Part shown: positions 35,277 to 45,692 of the stretch, one piece after another | Position numbering within the stretch: position 1 is the first letter of the stretch | Layout: every line of letters begins with the position of its first letter | DNA from: Verrucomicrobiota bacterium | GTDB lineage: Bacteria; Verrucomicrobiota; Lentisphaeria; JABSQK01; JAJFLO01 | NCBI GenBank assembly: GCA_021772615.1 | Contig: JAJFLQ010000160.1 | Span: 207 to 64,206 of the forward strand | Reading direction: 5' to 3' | Length of the DNA: 64,000 nt | Notes under the pieces: model-generated | Told to the model about the DNA's origin: nothing | Seen by the model: only the letters and a program-made list of their open reading frames with translations | Databases searched by the model: none | Translations under genes and position numbers: made by a program

Positions 35277-37004
35277 ATGCAAGCCCCGCAAGCCAGCCAC
35301 GATCAGGAACAGTCAGCACAAGACGCGGCGGCACGGTCGGACATGCAAGGCCCAATCGGCGTCGCGCTGTCCGGCGGCGGCTTTCGCGCAGCCGCATTTC
35401 ACCTCGGCCTGCTGTCGTATCTGAACCGCGTTGATTTACTGAAAAATGTGACCATTCTGTCGACAGTCTCCGGTGGTACATTTACCGGGGCGAGCTATGT
35501 CCAGAGCCTCATAGAGCGCCGGCCGTTTTCCCAATTTTTCCGGACGTTTTTTCATACATTGGAAAATACAGACCTCGTCAAACTCGCGTTGGGAAAGCTC
35601 GCTCACCGTCGCGAACGCGGTGAGGATCGAACCCGGAATCTCATTACGGCGGTCGCCGATGTCTATGCCGATACCTTCTTCGCAAATCACGTCACAGAGA
35701 AACCGTATACATTCGGCGATGTGATCGATGCGGATCTGCCGATACGCGATATCATATTCAATACCACGGAGTTTCGCCACGGTATCGCATTTCGGTTTCA
35801 GACCAGTGCGAATCCCAAGGCCAGAATTGGCAATCGCCGAATTTATGTTCCCGTGGCCGATGCACGGCATGCGAGGATCGCCGATATCGCCGCGGCATCG
35901 GCATGCTTCCCCGGCGGCTTTGAGCCCATATTATTCCCCGACGACTTTAAGTGGGATAACCACGTTGCTCGCGACTCGATCAATCGACATTTCGCGACCA
36001 CAGGCACGCCTTCGATAGCGCTAATGGACGGCGGAATTTACGACAACCAGGGCATCGACAGCCTGCTTCTGGCCGACAAGCGAAACGGCAGGTCGTTGCA
36101 GTGGTTGATCATATCCGATGTGAATCACGACGGGCGATCGTTTTACAGCATACCTGCCCCGCCTCGACGGAGACGCCTCACTCTGGGCGGAATTCGCCGG
36201 GCGGGGCAACTCCTTTTCGGCGCGTGCTTCCTGGTACTGGCGGCAGCAGCGACATTGCTGGTTTGGCAGGCTTGTGACAGCAAGCCCGCAGTCCCCGAAC
36301 AAATCGGATTCTATACCGTGACGCTCGTTTTCGCGGCATGCACGGGGATGTCGCTGTTGTGGATACATCATTTCATTCGCGACCGCGTGCTGCCCGCGAT
36401 TCCGCAGGCGGGGCGGTCGGCCTGGGACGATGTCCGCCATTTGACCGTCGATCAAGTCGCAGGTATGGTTCAGGTACGTATGGCATCGCTTGTATCCTTG
36501 ACTAACAATATATTCACTAAGCGCATACGATCGTATGGTTACCGGCTGATCTACAGCGACGTGGGATACCGGGGAAAACGCATTGTCAATCTTATCTACG
36601 ACCTCGCGCCGGGGCATGCTTTTGCGAATCTTCCCGGGATCTCGAAGCCGTCAAAAGCGATGCTGAACATTGTTCGCGTCGCGTCTGAAATGCCTACCAC
36701 GCTATGGTTCGAACCGACTCGAACGTACGTGCTGCCTGCTCTTGTCGCGTGCGGTCAGGCGACTACCTGTTATAACCTGATGCGCCATATCAAACGTCAT
36801 TTCGGCCCGGTTCCGGCGACATATCCGGACACCATCAGTCGGCTTTGGGCACTGCTCGAAGCGGATTGGGAACGTATGGTATACGATCCTCTATGTTTCG
36901 TGAAAGAAGAAGCAGCACGCGTGGATCTTACGACGCCGCCCAACAATGGTGCGGCGGAACCGTGCACCAACACGATCACCGGAATCGAATCTGCTCAGGT
37001 ATGA
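35277..37004 (+). CDS. Patatin-like phospholipase family protein with C-terminal membrane helices
   Basis: The oxyanion motif is 'LSGGGFRAA'. The nucleophile region is 'ILSTVSGGT', i.e. TxSxG instead of the canonical GxSxG. The catalytic Asp motif is 'LMDGGIYDNQGID'. Hydrophobic helices lie around residues 300-350. 575 aa. Confidence 0.65.
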   Translation: MQAPQASHDQEQSAQDAAARSDMQGPIGVALSGGGFRAAAFHLGLLSYLNRVDLLKNVTILSTVSGGTFTGASYVQSLIERRPFSQFFRTFFHTLENTDLVKLALGKLAHRRERGEDRTRNLITAVADVYADTFFANHVTEKPYTFGDVIDADLPIRDIIFNTTEFRHGIAFRFQTSANPKARIGNRRIYVPVADARHARIADIAAASACFPGGFEPILFPDDFKWDNHVARDSINRHFATTGTPSIALMDGGIYDNQGIDSLLLADKRNGRSLQWLIISDVNHDGRSFYSIPAPPRRRRLTLGGIRRAGQLLFGACFLVLAAAATLLVWQACDSKPAVPEQIGFYTVTLVFAACTGMSLLWIHHFIRDRVLPAIPQAGRSAWDDVRHLTVDQVAGMVQVRMASLVSLTNNIFTKRIRSYGYRLIYSDVGYRGKRIVNLIYDLAPGHAFANLPGISKPSKAMLNIVRVASEMPTTLWFEPTRTYVLPALVACGQATTCYNLMRHIKRHFGPVPATYPDTISRLWALLEADWERMVYDPLCFVKEEAARVDLTTPPNNGAAEPCTNTITGIESAQV

Positions 37005-37103
37005 TTTTGCATTGTAGATCCGGAGTAGCAGTCCTGCACTGGAGTCGGGGCGGCCCGCCGCCGACACCACGCCGGCGAACATTAAACAGCGGAGATTGAA
37101 CAT

Positions 37104-38378
37104 ATGGTATTGAAAGAGTTGATGAAACGCGAATCCGCCATTCGTATCGGTGTCGCCGGTATCGGTTCGATAGGAACAGGCATCTTGTACCAGGCATCCA
37201 TAACCCCCGGTATTGACTGTGTTGCGATTGCGGATACGACAATCGGAAAAGCCGTAGAAAGCGCAGACCGATTCGGCATCGCGTACGAGATCGTTACGTC
37301 TCGTGATGGTGTCGATAGCGCGATTGAGAACAACAAACTGGCAATCTGCGACGATGCTTCCCTGATTGCAGAAAGTGGTCGCGTCGAGGTCTTTATAGAC
37401 GGGACCAGTGCCCTGGCCGAAATCGAAGCATTCGATGTCGTAGCATTGCGGCACGGCAAACATGTGATCATGATGAATGCCGAGGCGGATCTGATGTACG
37501 GACCGTATCTACTGAAAGTCGCACAGGAAAATGGCGTTGTCTACACCAGCAGCGACGGTGACCAACCCGTGGTCATCAGGAAGCTGATCGATGACATACG
37601 CCTGTGGGGTTTTGATCTTGTTATGGCCGGTAATATCAAGGGCTTCATGGATGTCTACAGCAATCCCGAACGCATTGTCCCCGAAGCCGACAAACGGGGT
37701 CTCGACTATGAAATGTGCACGTCCTACACGGATGGCACAAAACTCTGCGTGGAAATGGCAATCGTCGCCAACGCCATGAATCTGGGCATTGTGAAGCCCG
37801 GCATGATCGGCCCGAGAATGAACCACGTCTCGGAGATATTTGACCATTTCAATTTCGAAGACATTCACCACACACACGGTGCGGTAGTGGACTATGTCCT
37901 TGGCGCATGTCCCAAAGGCGGCGTATTCGTCATAGGATATACCGATAAGGCGTACCAGCAATCGACGCTTGCGTGGCTGCCTCCTGATATGGGCAAAGGG
38001 CCGTATTACCTGTTTTATCGCCCGTACCATCTTTGTCATTTCGAGGTGATGGCGAGTGTTGCCGAGGCCGTATTGCACGGACGCGCCCATCTGACCCCGG
38101 AATACGGGTTTCGCACAAATGTTTACGCCTATGCAAAAACGGCGATCAAAAAAGGCGAGAAAATCGACGGATTCGGCGGTTTCAAGACATACGGCCTGAT
38201 AGAAAAGTGTGCGGACGATTCCGGCTGTCCCGGAATTCCGATTTTATTAGCAAAAGGCGCTGTGGCCAATAACGATATCGAAAAGGATGCACGAATTCCT
38301 TTGGCGTCTCTGGCCGTAGATCAGACCCATGCTAATTTTCGGCTGTATAACAAGGCGCTAGATGCCGCGAAATCATGA
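37104..38378 (+). CDS. NAD(P)-binding oxidoreductase of the 'predicted homoserine dehydrogenase with C-terminal SAF domain' type (COG4091-like)
   Basis: The N-terminal Rossmann motif is 'IRIGVAGIGSIGTGIL'. It has the Gfo/Idh/homoserine-DH-like layout, with a C-terminal SAF-like region. 424 aa. Confidence 0.5.
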   Translation: MVLKELMKRESAIRIGVAGIGSIGTGILYQASITPGIDCVAIADTTIGKAVESADRFGIAYEIVTSRDGVDSAIENNKLAICDDASLIAESGRVEVFIDGTSALAEIEAFDVVALRHGKHVIMMNAEADLMYGPYLLKVAQENGVVYTSSDGDQPVVIRKLIDDIRLWGFDLVMAGNIKGFMDVYSNPERIVPEADKRGLDYEMCTSYTDGTKLCVEMAIVANAMNLGIVKPGMIGPRMNHVSEIFDHFNFEDIHHTHGAVVDYVLGACPKGGVFVIGYTDKAYQQSTLAWLPPDMGKGPYYLFYRPYHLCHFEVMASVAEAVLHGRAHLTPEYGFRTNVYAYAKTAIKKGEKIDGFGGFKTYGLIEKCADDSGCPGIPILLAKGAVANNDIEKDARIPLASLAVDQTHANFRLYNKALDAAKS

Positions 38379-39295
38379 AACTCGGTATACTGTCCATCTA
38401 TCTTGTTTCTCCTGACAATACCGGCCTGCTCACACTCCAACTCGATTACATTGCGGCAAATACCGCCTCAAACTACCGTATTTACGGCGTTGCGGTCCGG
38501 ACGACGGACGAAGTAAAATCGATGTTGCATCAGCGCCACGATGTCTGTGTCGTCGACATACCCGAGACCTCGCTCCGCGGCGCGCATGAGCACAGCTTCT
38601 ACCTCGACCGCCTGCTGGATCACGCGCTCTCAGACGGATGTACGCATATTGCAATCTTCCATCTCGACTCGTTTCCCATCGCAGCCAATTGGGACTCGCA
38701 CATTGCTTCCAGGTTAAATGAAAAGACGGTAATGGCTGCAGCAGTCAGGGAAGATGTCGTCGATCAAAAGCCGTTTACGGCGTTCATGATGTTTGAGGAG
38801 GCGTTTCACAGGATTCACAAACCAACGTTCCTGCCGACCAAAGAAGAAGCGACATCCGAACGATATCTATCGTACCGGAAGGCGTTTCCACATACGATCG
38901 AATCCGGATGCGGTTACGGATATACGATTTTCTGTGAGGGCCTCGACTGGTACAAACTTGGCTGGACGAACAAGAGTAACAATCACGTGTATTTCGGCGT
39001 TGTTCACGGCAACCTGGTTTACCATCTGGGCGGCGCGACGCATAAGGAGCGAAGCTATCCGACTGGTACTCCAACGATTGGCAAGAGGATCCGTCGCCGG
39101 ATCATACACTTGTTTCCTCCGAGGTATCGCAGCAAAACGGTAAGTTTCGTCTTCCGCCATGCACCGTTTATCGCGCATGCTTTTCCGGATGTCAAACACA
39201 CGCAAAACGCATTCGAACGGGAACGAAACCTCCTGTTGACCAACCCTGATGCCTATTTACGCAGATTGCTTAATAAATCTGTCACCGTGCCCTGA
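38375..39295 (+). CDS. Hypothetical protein whose start overlaps the preceding gene (ATGA overlap)
   Basis: 306 aa. The start ATG overlaps the TGA stop of the oxidoreductase gene. No recognisable domain. Confidence 0.4.
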   Translation: MKLGILSIYLVSPDNTGLLTLQLDYIAANTASNYRIYGVAVRTTDEVKSMLHQRHDVCVVDIPETSLRGAHEHSFYLDRLLDHALSDGCTHIAIFHLDSFPIAANWDSHIASRLNEKTVMAAAVREDVVDQKPFTAFMMFEEAFHRIHKPTFLPTKEEATSERYLSYRKAFPHTIESGCGYGYTIFCEGLDWYKLGWTNKSNNHVYFGVVHGNLVYHLGGATHKERSYPTGTPTIGKRIRRRIIHLFPPRYRSKTVSFVFRHAPFIAHAFPDVKHTQNAFERERNLLLTNPDAYLRRLLNKSVTVP

Positions 39296-39301
39296 ACCTA
39301 T

Positions 39302-40627
39302 TCAGAATGTCACGGCGTGATTCAGCTGCGGCGGAAGCGACTCCACCTTCCGAAGTTTCAAACGGGTAATTTTTCGGGCGTCGGCAACGAGGATTTGCGC
39401 GCGAATACCCGGCAAGTCGACAACTTCGCGATTGGCCGGAATCCGCCCAAGTTCGGCGGATATATAACCGCCTATCGTATCGTAGTCGCCCGTTTCGGAG
39501 ATCGTGGTTGCAAGTACTTTATTGACATCGTCGATCGGCATACGCGCGTCTGCGATCAACGCCCCGTCGTCGGTCAATACGTACTGCGGCGCGTCCTCGT
39601 CATGATCGTATTCATCCAGAATCTCACCGACGATTTCCTCGAGAATATCTTCAATCGTTACGACACCTGCCGTACCGCCGTATTCGTCGATCACAACGGC
39701 GATGTGGTGCTTGTTCTTCTTGAATTCATCAAGGAGATCACTTACATTCTTCGCCTCGGGAACAATAAAGGGTTGGTGGTAAAGGCGTTCGATCGACCTA
39801 TCGTCTGATAGATTCTTGTCGTCAAGCAGATCCTTGGCATAGAGAAATCCAATAATATTGTCGATTCGCTCGGTATATACCGGAATCCTGCTGTGCCCGC
39901 TGGCAACGATCTTCTCCTTGGCCTCGGAAATCGTCGCTGTCACACTCAAACCGTCGATGTCGACCCTCGGTGTCATGATTTCTTTTACCAGCGTTTCATC
40001 AAGGTCGAATATTCCCCGTATCATCTGCCGTTCCGCGGCCTCCAGTGTACCCGACTGACTCGCCTCCTGTGCATCCTTTTCTACGAGAGATATAATCTCA
40101 TCGGCGGTGGTCGCATGCGGGATATCGTCCTGGTCATCGGCAAGGGTTGTAAACCGCTGTTGAAGGCGTATTGCCGGCTGCAAAATCGGGCACAGGCCCG
40201 CAAGCAACAGATTCAGAAATAGTGAGGACACGTTGAGGAGACGCCACGGGTACGAAGCGAGAAATCCGCTCCCTATTAACTCAGTGAGGCCCACGAACAC
40301 GACCGCGGCGACGGCACCGCATAGAACGGCGACCAATATCGAATGGCTCAGCGCGAGGAAGTAGCCGGCTACGATATAGCAGAGGATCGAGAGGATCGAA
40401 AGATTCGTCAGGATCAGCAGCCGGAAAATAACATTGAGCACGGGTATCTGCTCAAGCCACCGGGTAGCGCTGTTTCTGAGCCTCGTGCTTTTCGCAGGAT
40501 CAAGCTTCCGGATCTTCGCCCAGCTCAGGTTCAACACAGCGGTCCGCACGCCAATCAACCAGATGGAAAGGAGCATGTTGACAAGGATTAACGCGAAGCA
40601 AGTGATAAGAAGATTATCGCCATTCAT
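39302..40627 (-). CDS. CNNM/HlyC-CorC family transporter-associated protein (DUF21 + tandem CBS + CorC_HlyC)
   Basis: There are N-terminal TM helices, CBS-pair blocks (IMTPRVDI..., GFLYAKDLL) and the C-terminal CorC_HlyC pattern ([25 protein letters not shown]). Confidence 0.8.
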   Translation of the reverse strand: [441 protein letters not shown]

Positions 40628-40688
40628 TATAGCGTTCTGTTATACCTCCATTACGATGTCGTTGTTGTTCATACACATGCGGCCATGA

Positions 40689-41189
40689 TCACGAGTCGGC
40701 GTCGCTCCCGATCACCTCGTCAAGGTCAAACTCCCTGTCAAGCTCGCAGAGGATCTCCTGCTCGCGCTGTTTCATCCGGCGCCGATCCTGCGGATCATGA
40801 TCGTCGTATCCGCAAAGATGCAGGACGCCGTGAACGAGGTACAATATCACCTCTCTGGAATGCGAATTCCCGAACTGCTCGGATGCCGACCGCGCGATGT
40901 CCAGGCAAACAAAAAGTTCCGCCATGGTCCAATCGCCCGACGCTGCGCAGCTTCCGGCGCCGGCACGATAATCAAATGTAATGACATCCGTCGGACCGCT
41001 GTGATCCAGGTAACGCTCATTCACGCTCGCGATCTCTGCAGCGTCGACGAAGACGATCGAAAACTCCGCATTAACCCGAGACGGCGTCTCCAGTTTCGCG
41101 CACGTCGTTATCCGCTTCAACAGATGGTTCAGCCTGCCCGGATTTAGCAGCGGGTACGTCGACTGCCGGTTGGTCACCGTGATTTTCAT
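40689..41189 (-). CDS. ybeY: rRNA maturation endoribonuclease YbeY
   Basis: The zinc-binding motif 'HGVLHLCGYDDHD' is present. The ORF runs to 41222. The YbeY-like start MKITVTN is at 41189. Confidence 0.8.
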   Translation of the reverse strand: MKITVTNRQSTYPLLNPGRLNHLLKRITTCAKLETPSRVNAEFSIVFVDAAEIASVNERYLDHSGPTDVITFDYRAGAGSCAASGDWTMAELFVCLDIARSASEQFGNSHSREVILYLVHGVLHLCGYDDHDPQDRRRMKQREQEILCELDREFDLDEVIGSDADS

Positions 41190-43479
41190 CGGTAATAATC
41201 TTTGGATACGAGATTCGCCCATGCAGCATCGTCGAGAGCGTTTTGATGATACACCCTTTGACGGTGTGAAGTTCTGCCATATTCAGTTCGCTATCGTTAA
41301 ATTGCCCATCAAGTATCTTATTGCGGATGATCTCTGAAACCAGCGTGGTGATCTTTTTCGGCGTTGGCTTTTCCAACGAACGCGATGCGGCCTCGCATGA
41401 ATCAGCCATGCTTATTATCGACGCTTCCTTGCCGACAGGCAACGGTCCCGGATATCGAAAATCATGCTCATCTACTTCGCTGTTTTCCGACGCACTCTTG
41501 TCGGTCATCGCCCGGTGATAAAAGTAATAGACCAGACTCGTGCCGTGATGCGACGCGATGACGTCGCGGATTGGTTTTCGAAGTTTGCATTTTGTTGCCA
41601 TCGCCAGACCTTCCTTCACATGATTCAGGATGATAAGCGAACTCATTCGAGGGCTGAGATCCTCGTGCCGGTCTACGCCGAAACTATTTTCGGTGAAGTA
41701 TGATGGATTGGAGAGCTTGCCGATATCATGAAAGTACGTTGCCACGCGCGTAAGCAGCGCGTTGGCGCCAATCGCCTCGGCGGCCTGCTCCGAAATCGTG
41801 GCCACCATTAACGTATGGTGATACGTCCCCGGCGCCTCTATCTGCAGGCGCTTCAGAAGCGGGTGATTCAGGTCGCACAATTCGAGAAGACTGATATTGG
41901 TGTATATCCCAAAAAGATACTCCACGATCGGAAGCAGCATGTTTGCTACTATCAGAATAGCAATACCGTTGACTGCGGCCACGCCCAGCATGATCAGGTA
42001 ATTCGGCAACGGTGTAGAGAATATCATGAGATACACACCTTCAACGGCAAAAATGGATAACGCGATCGCCAGAACACCGCGGAACGTCTGTGTCCGCGTA
42101 CGCGCTGAATAAACGGCAAGTGAGCCCATGCACGACGAGAACAGCCCGGCAATAAAAATGTGAAGCGACTCGGAGCCGGCCAACGCCGCCAGTAGCGGCA
42201 TGAACACGGCAACAGTTAGTCCGGCGCGTCTCCCTAGAAGCAACGTCAGGAAAATCGAGGAAAACGCGAGCGGCAGCGCCGGGACAATGAATAACCGGGG
42301 AATATTCGGGAATACCTGCAGTATCTCTTCAACACTCTTCAAGAGAACGATATTGGCCGACATTGTTGCTGCGACGAGGAATATCAGTGATCTTGATCGG
42401 CTTATCTCCCGGTGCTGCGTGGCGAAATAGATAATGCCGATTCCGATGGTAAACGTGCAGAGTACGAGCAGCGAAACGATCTTGAAAAAGTATTGCGAAC
42501 TGTCCACCGTTGCCCGCAACGTTTCATTGTGAATACCAAGTTTCTGCAAGTCTTCACGGGTGACCGTTGTACCTCGCTGCAGAAATACCGTGCCTTCCGT
42601 GATCCACCGTTTCACCGGCTGGATTGCCTGACTCGCCTTGCGTCGCTCCCTTTCTGTGAGTGACCGCTCAAATGTAAGGTTGGGGTGGATCAACGCCGAA
42701 ACGACAGACTCGCCCAGTTCACTGACCGTATCCGGGTCATGATAATGGAACCTGTCCGTATGAAGGGCAAGCAGGTAATCCCCAGCCGCCCGGGGCGTCT
42801 TCAAGGCAGCCACTTCGGTCTTGATCTTGCGCTGGTGTTCGTCGAGCAGAGAGACACGCTGCGACGCCGGCCGGTTCGCGTACTGCACGGCGGGAATAAC
42901 GCCCTTAATGAGTATACGCTCGAGATCCTGGAGGAAGGCGCGCTGCTTGTCTTCGCCATCGAAAAGCACGATCAGCGCGTTGATCTGGCTTGGCGTGAGC
43001 GTCTTGTATACATCTATCACAGCCGCCGAAAACCGATCCTCGGCGAGTCGGGCCAGGTCATCGATGAGCGGCCGTCTCTCGATAAGTTCGAATAGTTCGA
43101 CGAAACCCTGATATGTCACTTCCGTTGATGCATGATCAATGCGATAAATGTCCGCCACGGCTGCTACGGCGTCCTGTTGACGCAGCGACGTTTCGCCGGT
43201 ATGCACGTGTCCGAAGTCAACCCGGGCATAGACATCTACGGGTACGCGTTGGCCAACGACAAAATCATATATCTCGACCGTTGGCGTACTCATAAAAATG
43301 TATGCAGCGGTCACGCCCCACAGGAGGAAGAACGAAAGGAGGTACACGAGAATGGTAGAAATCCGGTATGGCGCAATCTTGTCGCCGGAGCCATTCGCCG
43401 CTGTCTTCGCAGACGTGCCGAAGTTTCTCACCTTCCGCGGAGATTTAGATCTCCAGAAAAAATATTTTTGAAGAGCCAT
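41071..43479 (-). CDS. Membrane-bound HD-domain hydrolase with an N-terminal 7TM domain (YqfF/PgpH-like cyclic-di-AMP phosphodiesterase family)
   Basis: The central region has multiple TM helices. The C-terminal HD domain reads 'HHTLMVATISEQAAEAIG...YFHDIGK...HH'. The gene is next to ybeY, as is typical of this family. 802 aa. Confidence 0.75.
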   Translation of the reverse strand: MALQKYFFWRSKSPRKVRNFGTSAKTAANGSGDKIAPYRISTILVYLLSFFLLWGVTAAYIFMSTPTVEIYDFVVGQRVPVDVYARVDFGHVHTGETSLRQQDAVAAVADIYRIDHASTEVTYQGFVELFELIERRPLIDDLARLAEDRFSAAVIDVYKTLTPSQINALIVLFDGEDKQRAFLQDLERILIKGVIPAVQYANRPASQRVSLLDEHQRKIKTEVAALKTPRAAGDYLLALHTDRFHYHDPDTVSELGESVVSALIHPNLTFERSLTERERRKASQAIQPVKRWITEGTVFLQRGTTVTREDLQKLGIHNETLRATVDSSQYFFKIVSLLVLCTFTIGIGIIYFATQHREISRSRSLIFLVAATMSANIVLLKSVEEILQVFPNIPRLFIVPALPLAFSSIFLTLLLGRRAGLTVAVFMPLLAALAGSESLHIFIAGLFSSCMGSLAVYSARTRTQTFRGVLAIALSIFAVEGVYLMIFSTPLPNYLIMLGVAAVNGIAILIVANMLLPIVEYLFGIYTNISLLELCDLNHPLLKRLQIEAPGTYHHTLMVATISEQAAEAIGANALLTRVATYFHDIGKLSNPSYFTENSFGVDRHEDLSPRMSSLIILNHVKEGLAMATKCKLRKPIRDVIASHHGTSLVYYFYHRAMTDKSASENSEVDEHDFRYPGPLPVGKEASIISMADSCEAASRSLEKPTPKKITTLVSEIIRNKILDGQFNDSELNMAELHTVKGCIIKTLSTMLHGRISYPKIITDENHGDQPAVDVPAAKSGQAEPSVEADNDVRETGDAVSG

Positions 43480-43510
43480 AGGAGTCGGACGCAGCGAGTC
43501 CGTATATCGG

Positions 43511-44173
43511 TCACGGAATTCTCAGCGACATTCCCGGAGATAATGTGTCGGGGTTGCTGAGAATATGACGATTCGCGTCGAATAACCGCCGCCATTGCCG
43601 GGCATCACCATAATGCTTCTCGGCAATCTGCATCAATGTTTCTCCTTTTTGTACGACATAATTACGGGCGCCGTCGGCAATTGTGCCGGAGGCTGCATGT
43701 TCGGGTACAATGCGAAACACCGTCGTGTCCGCCGGCGACGCACCACCCGCGTGATCGAAGTCGAATATCGGCGCCGGGAGTCGATTGGAATCGGGACTGA
43801 AAGGGCCGTTGATAACCGGCGCCGCATTGCTTCCGGCGGCCCTGTCATCACGGGCGCGTACCCGCACTTTATGTCGGGTTTCCGCCGGGGCTGCTGCGGG
43901 TGGCAGCCGGTACACAGGCGGCGACACGCGACCATCCGTTTCATTGTGTTCAACCGGGAGAACAGGTTGGTTCCACTTACTATAACTGTCTTGTATAATC
44001 GACGACCATTGCTGCTCCTGGGATGTCGCAGGTCGCTGCGCCAATTCGGGATGGTTCATGCGCCATGGCAGCGACGCGCAGGATACCGATAACAGGATCG
44101 TGGCGAAGAACAAGGGAAAGCGGATCATTACGGTACACAACAGATTCGAGAAATCTTTGCGATCAATCTTCAT
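43511..44173 (-). CDS. LysM domain-containing protein with an N-terminal signal/anchor
   Basis: The C-terminal LysM motif is 'YVVQKGETLMQIAEKHYGDARQWRRLFDANRHILSNPDTLSPGMSLRIP'. Confidence 0.6.
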   Translation of the reverse strand: MKIDRKDFSNLLCTVMIRFPLFFATILLSVSCASLPWRMNHPELAQRPATSQEQQWSSIIQDSYSKWNQPVLPVEHNETDGRVSPPVYRLPPAAAPAETRHKVRVRARDDRAAGSNAAPVINGPFSPDSNRLPAPIFDFDHAGGASPADTTVFRIVPEHAASGTIADGARNYVVQKGETLMQIAEKHYGDARQWRRLFDANRHILSNPDTLSPGMSLRIP

Positions 44174-44353
44174 AGTGTAGTGGTGCGGAATCCGAGAACA
44201 ACCTGCCGCAGATCAACGCACCTTCCGCGTTTTGAATACGAGCGGCGACGTTGGTTCTGCCGATACCCCGCAACAGCGACATTGCGGCACCGACGTTTCA
44301 CAGGCTACAAATACCGACATTGGCATATCTGCAGCTGCGACGTGTCGAACATC

Positions 44354-45610
44354 TCACAATGATTCACGGAGCCGTGTTAGCGCCAGCACGGCATTGTGTC
44401 CCCCGAAGCCAAAATTCAGGTTTAACGCCGCGTCGACCGTACATTCCCGACTTTCGTTCGGAGTGTAATCCAGATCACAGTCTGGATCCGGTGTGTCGCA
44501 GTTGTACGTTCCGGGTACAACGCCTTCATTTAACACCTTCACGCATACAATTGTCTCTATCGCACCGGCCGCGCCAAGTGTATGGCCTGTCAACGACTTC
44601 GTACTGCTTATCGGCACGTGATACGCGTGATCGCCCAGTGCCGTCTTGAGAGCCAGGGTTTCTGATTTGTCATTTAACCTGGTGCCGGTTCCATGAGCAT
44701 TAATATAGCCAATATCGCTCGGCGCCAAATTTGCATGGGTCAATGCTATTCGTATCGCGGCGACCGCGCCAGAACTGTCCGGCGGCGGCGACGTGATGTG
44801 GTGTGCGTCACCGGTTGCGCCATAGCCCGCTAACTCAGCCAGAATCGGAGCGCCGCGGCCCAGTGCATGCTCCAATGTCTCCAACACCAGCACGCCGGCC
44901 CCATCAGCCAACACGAATCCATCGCGATCGGCATCGAATGGCCTGCTGGCGGCCTGCGGCTCATTGTTTCGCTGCGACAGCGCCTTCATTGCAGAAAACC
45001 CGGCACACGCGATTGGCGACACACATGCCTCCGTGCCGCCCGCAAGCATCACATCCGCGTCGCCTCTGCGCAGAATCCATGAGGCCTCGCCGATGGCATG
45101 ACATCCTGTGGCGCACGCCGACGCCACACCGAAATTAGGTCCGCGAAAATTGTAACGGATAGCCACAATGCCCGCTGCCATATCACCGATCATCATCGGC
45201 ACGAGAAATGGCGACACACGCGACGGCCCCTGCTGAATACTACGGCCGATCTGGTCTTCGAGCGTGATGATGCCGCCAATCCCGCTCCCGATCAGCACTC
45301 CACTACGGTCGCGATCGATTGCTTCACAGTCGATTCCCGAGGACTGAATAGCCTCGTCCGCCGCAGCGATTGCGTACTGACAAAACGGATCGAGCCGACG
45401 CGTTTCTTTTGCCGACATCAAATCGGCAATGTCCAGATTCCGCACCTCACCGGCAATCGTGCTACGATAACCCGCGGTGTCGAACTTGCTGATCTGATCA
45501 ATGCCACTCCGCCCATCAAGCAAGCTGCGCCAGCTATCAGCGACATTATTGCCCACACTGGAAACCATGCCCAGTCCAGTAATGACAACTCGTCTGCTTT
45601 CCAAAATCAC
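44354..45610 (-). CDS. fabF: 3-oxoacyl-ACP synthase II (KAS II)
   Basis: The active-site Cys is in 'SACATGCHAIGEA'. 'HGTGTRLND' and 'GHTLGAAGAIE' are also present. 418 aa. Confidence 0.9.
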   Translation of the reverse strand: MILESRRVVITGLGMVSSVGNNVADSWRSLLDGRSGIDQISKFDTAGYRSTIAGEVRNLDIADLMSAKETRRLDPFCQYAIAAADEAIQSSGIDCEAIDRDRSGVLIGSGIGGIITLEDQIGRSIQQGPSRVSPFLVPMMIGDMAAGIVAIRYNFRGPNFGVASACATGCHAIGEASWILRRGDADVMLAGGTEACVSPIACAGFSAMKALSQRNNEPQAASRPFDADRDGFVLADGAGVLVLETLEHALGRGAPILAELAGYGATGDAHHITSPPPDSSGAVAAIRIALTHANLAPSDIGYINAHGTGTRLNDKSETLALKTALGDHAYHVPISSTKSLTGHTLGAAGAIETIVCVKVLNEGVVPGTYNCDTPDPDCDLDYTPNESRECTVDAALNLNFGFGGHNAVLALTRLRESL

Positions 45611-45692
45611 GTTCCTCTGGCGTACTTGATGTTGATGCCGAACGACTTGGTCGGTCGTACTATGGCACTGACGTCAAGCATTTACAACAACA

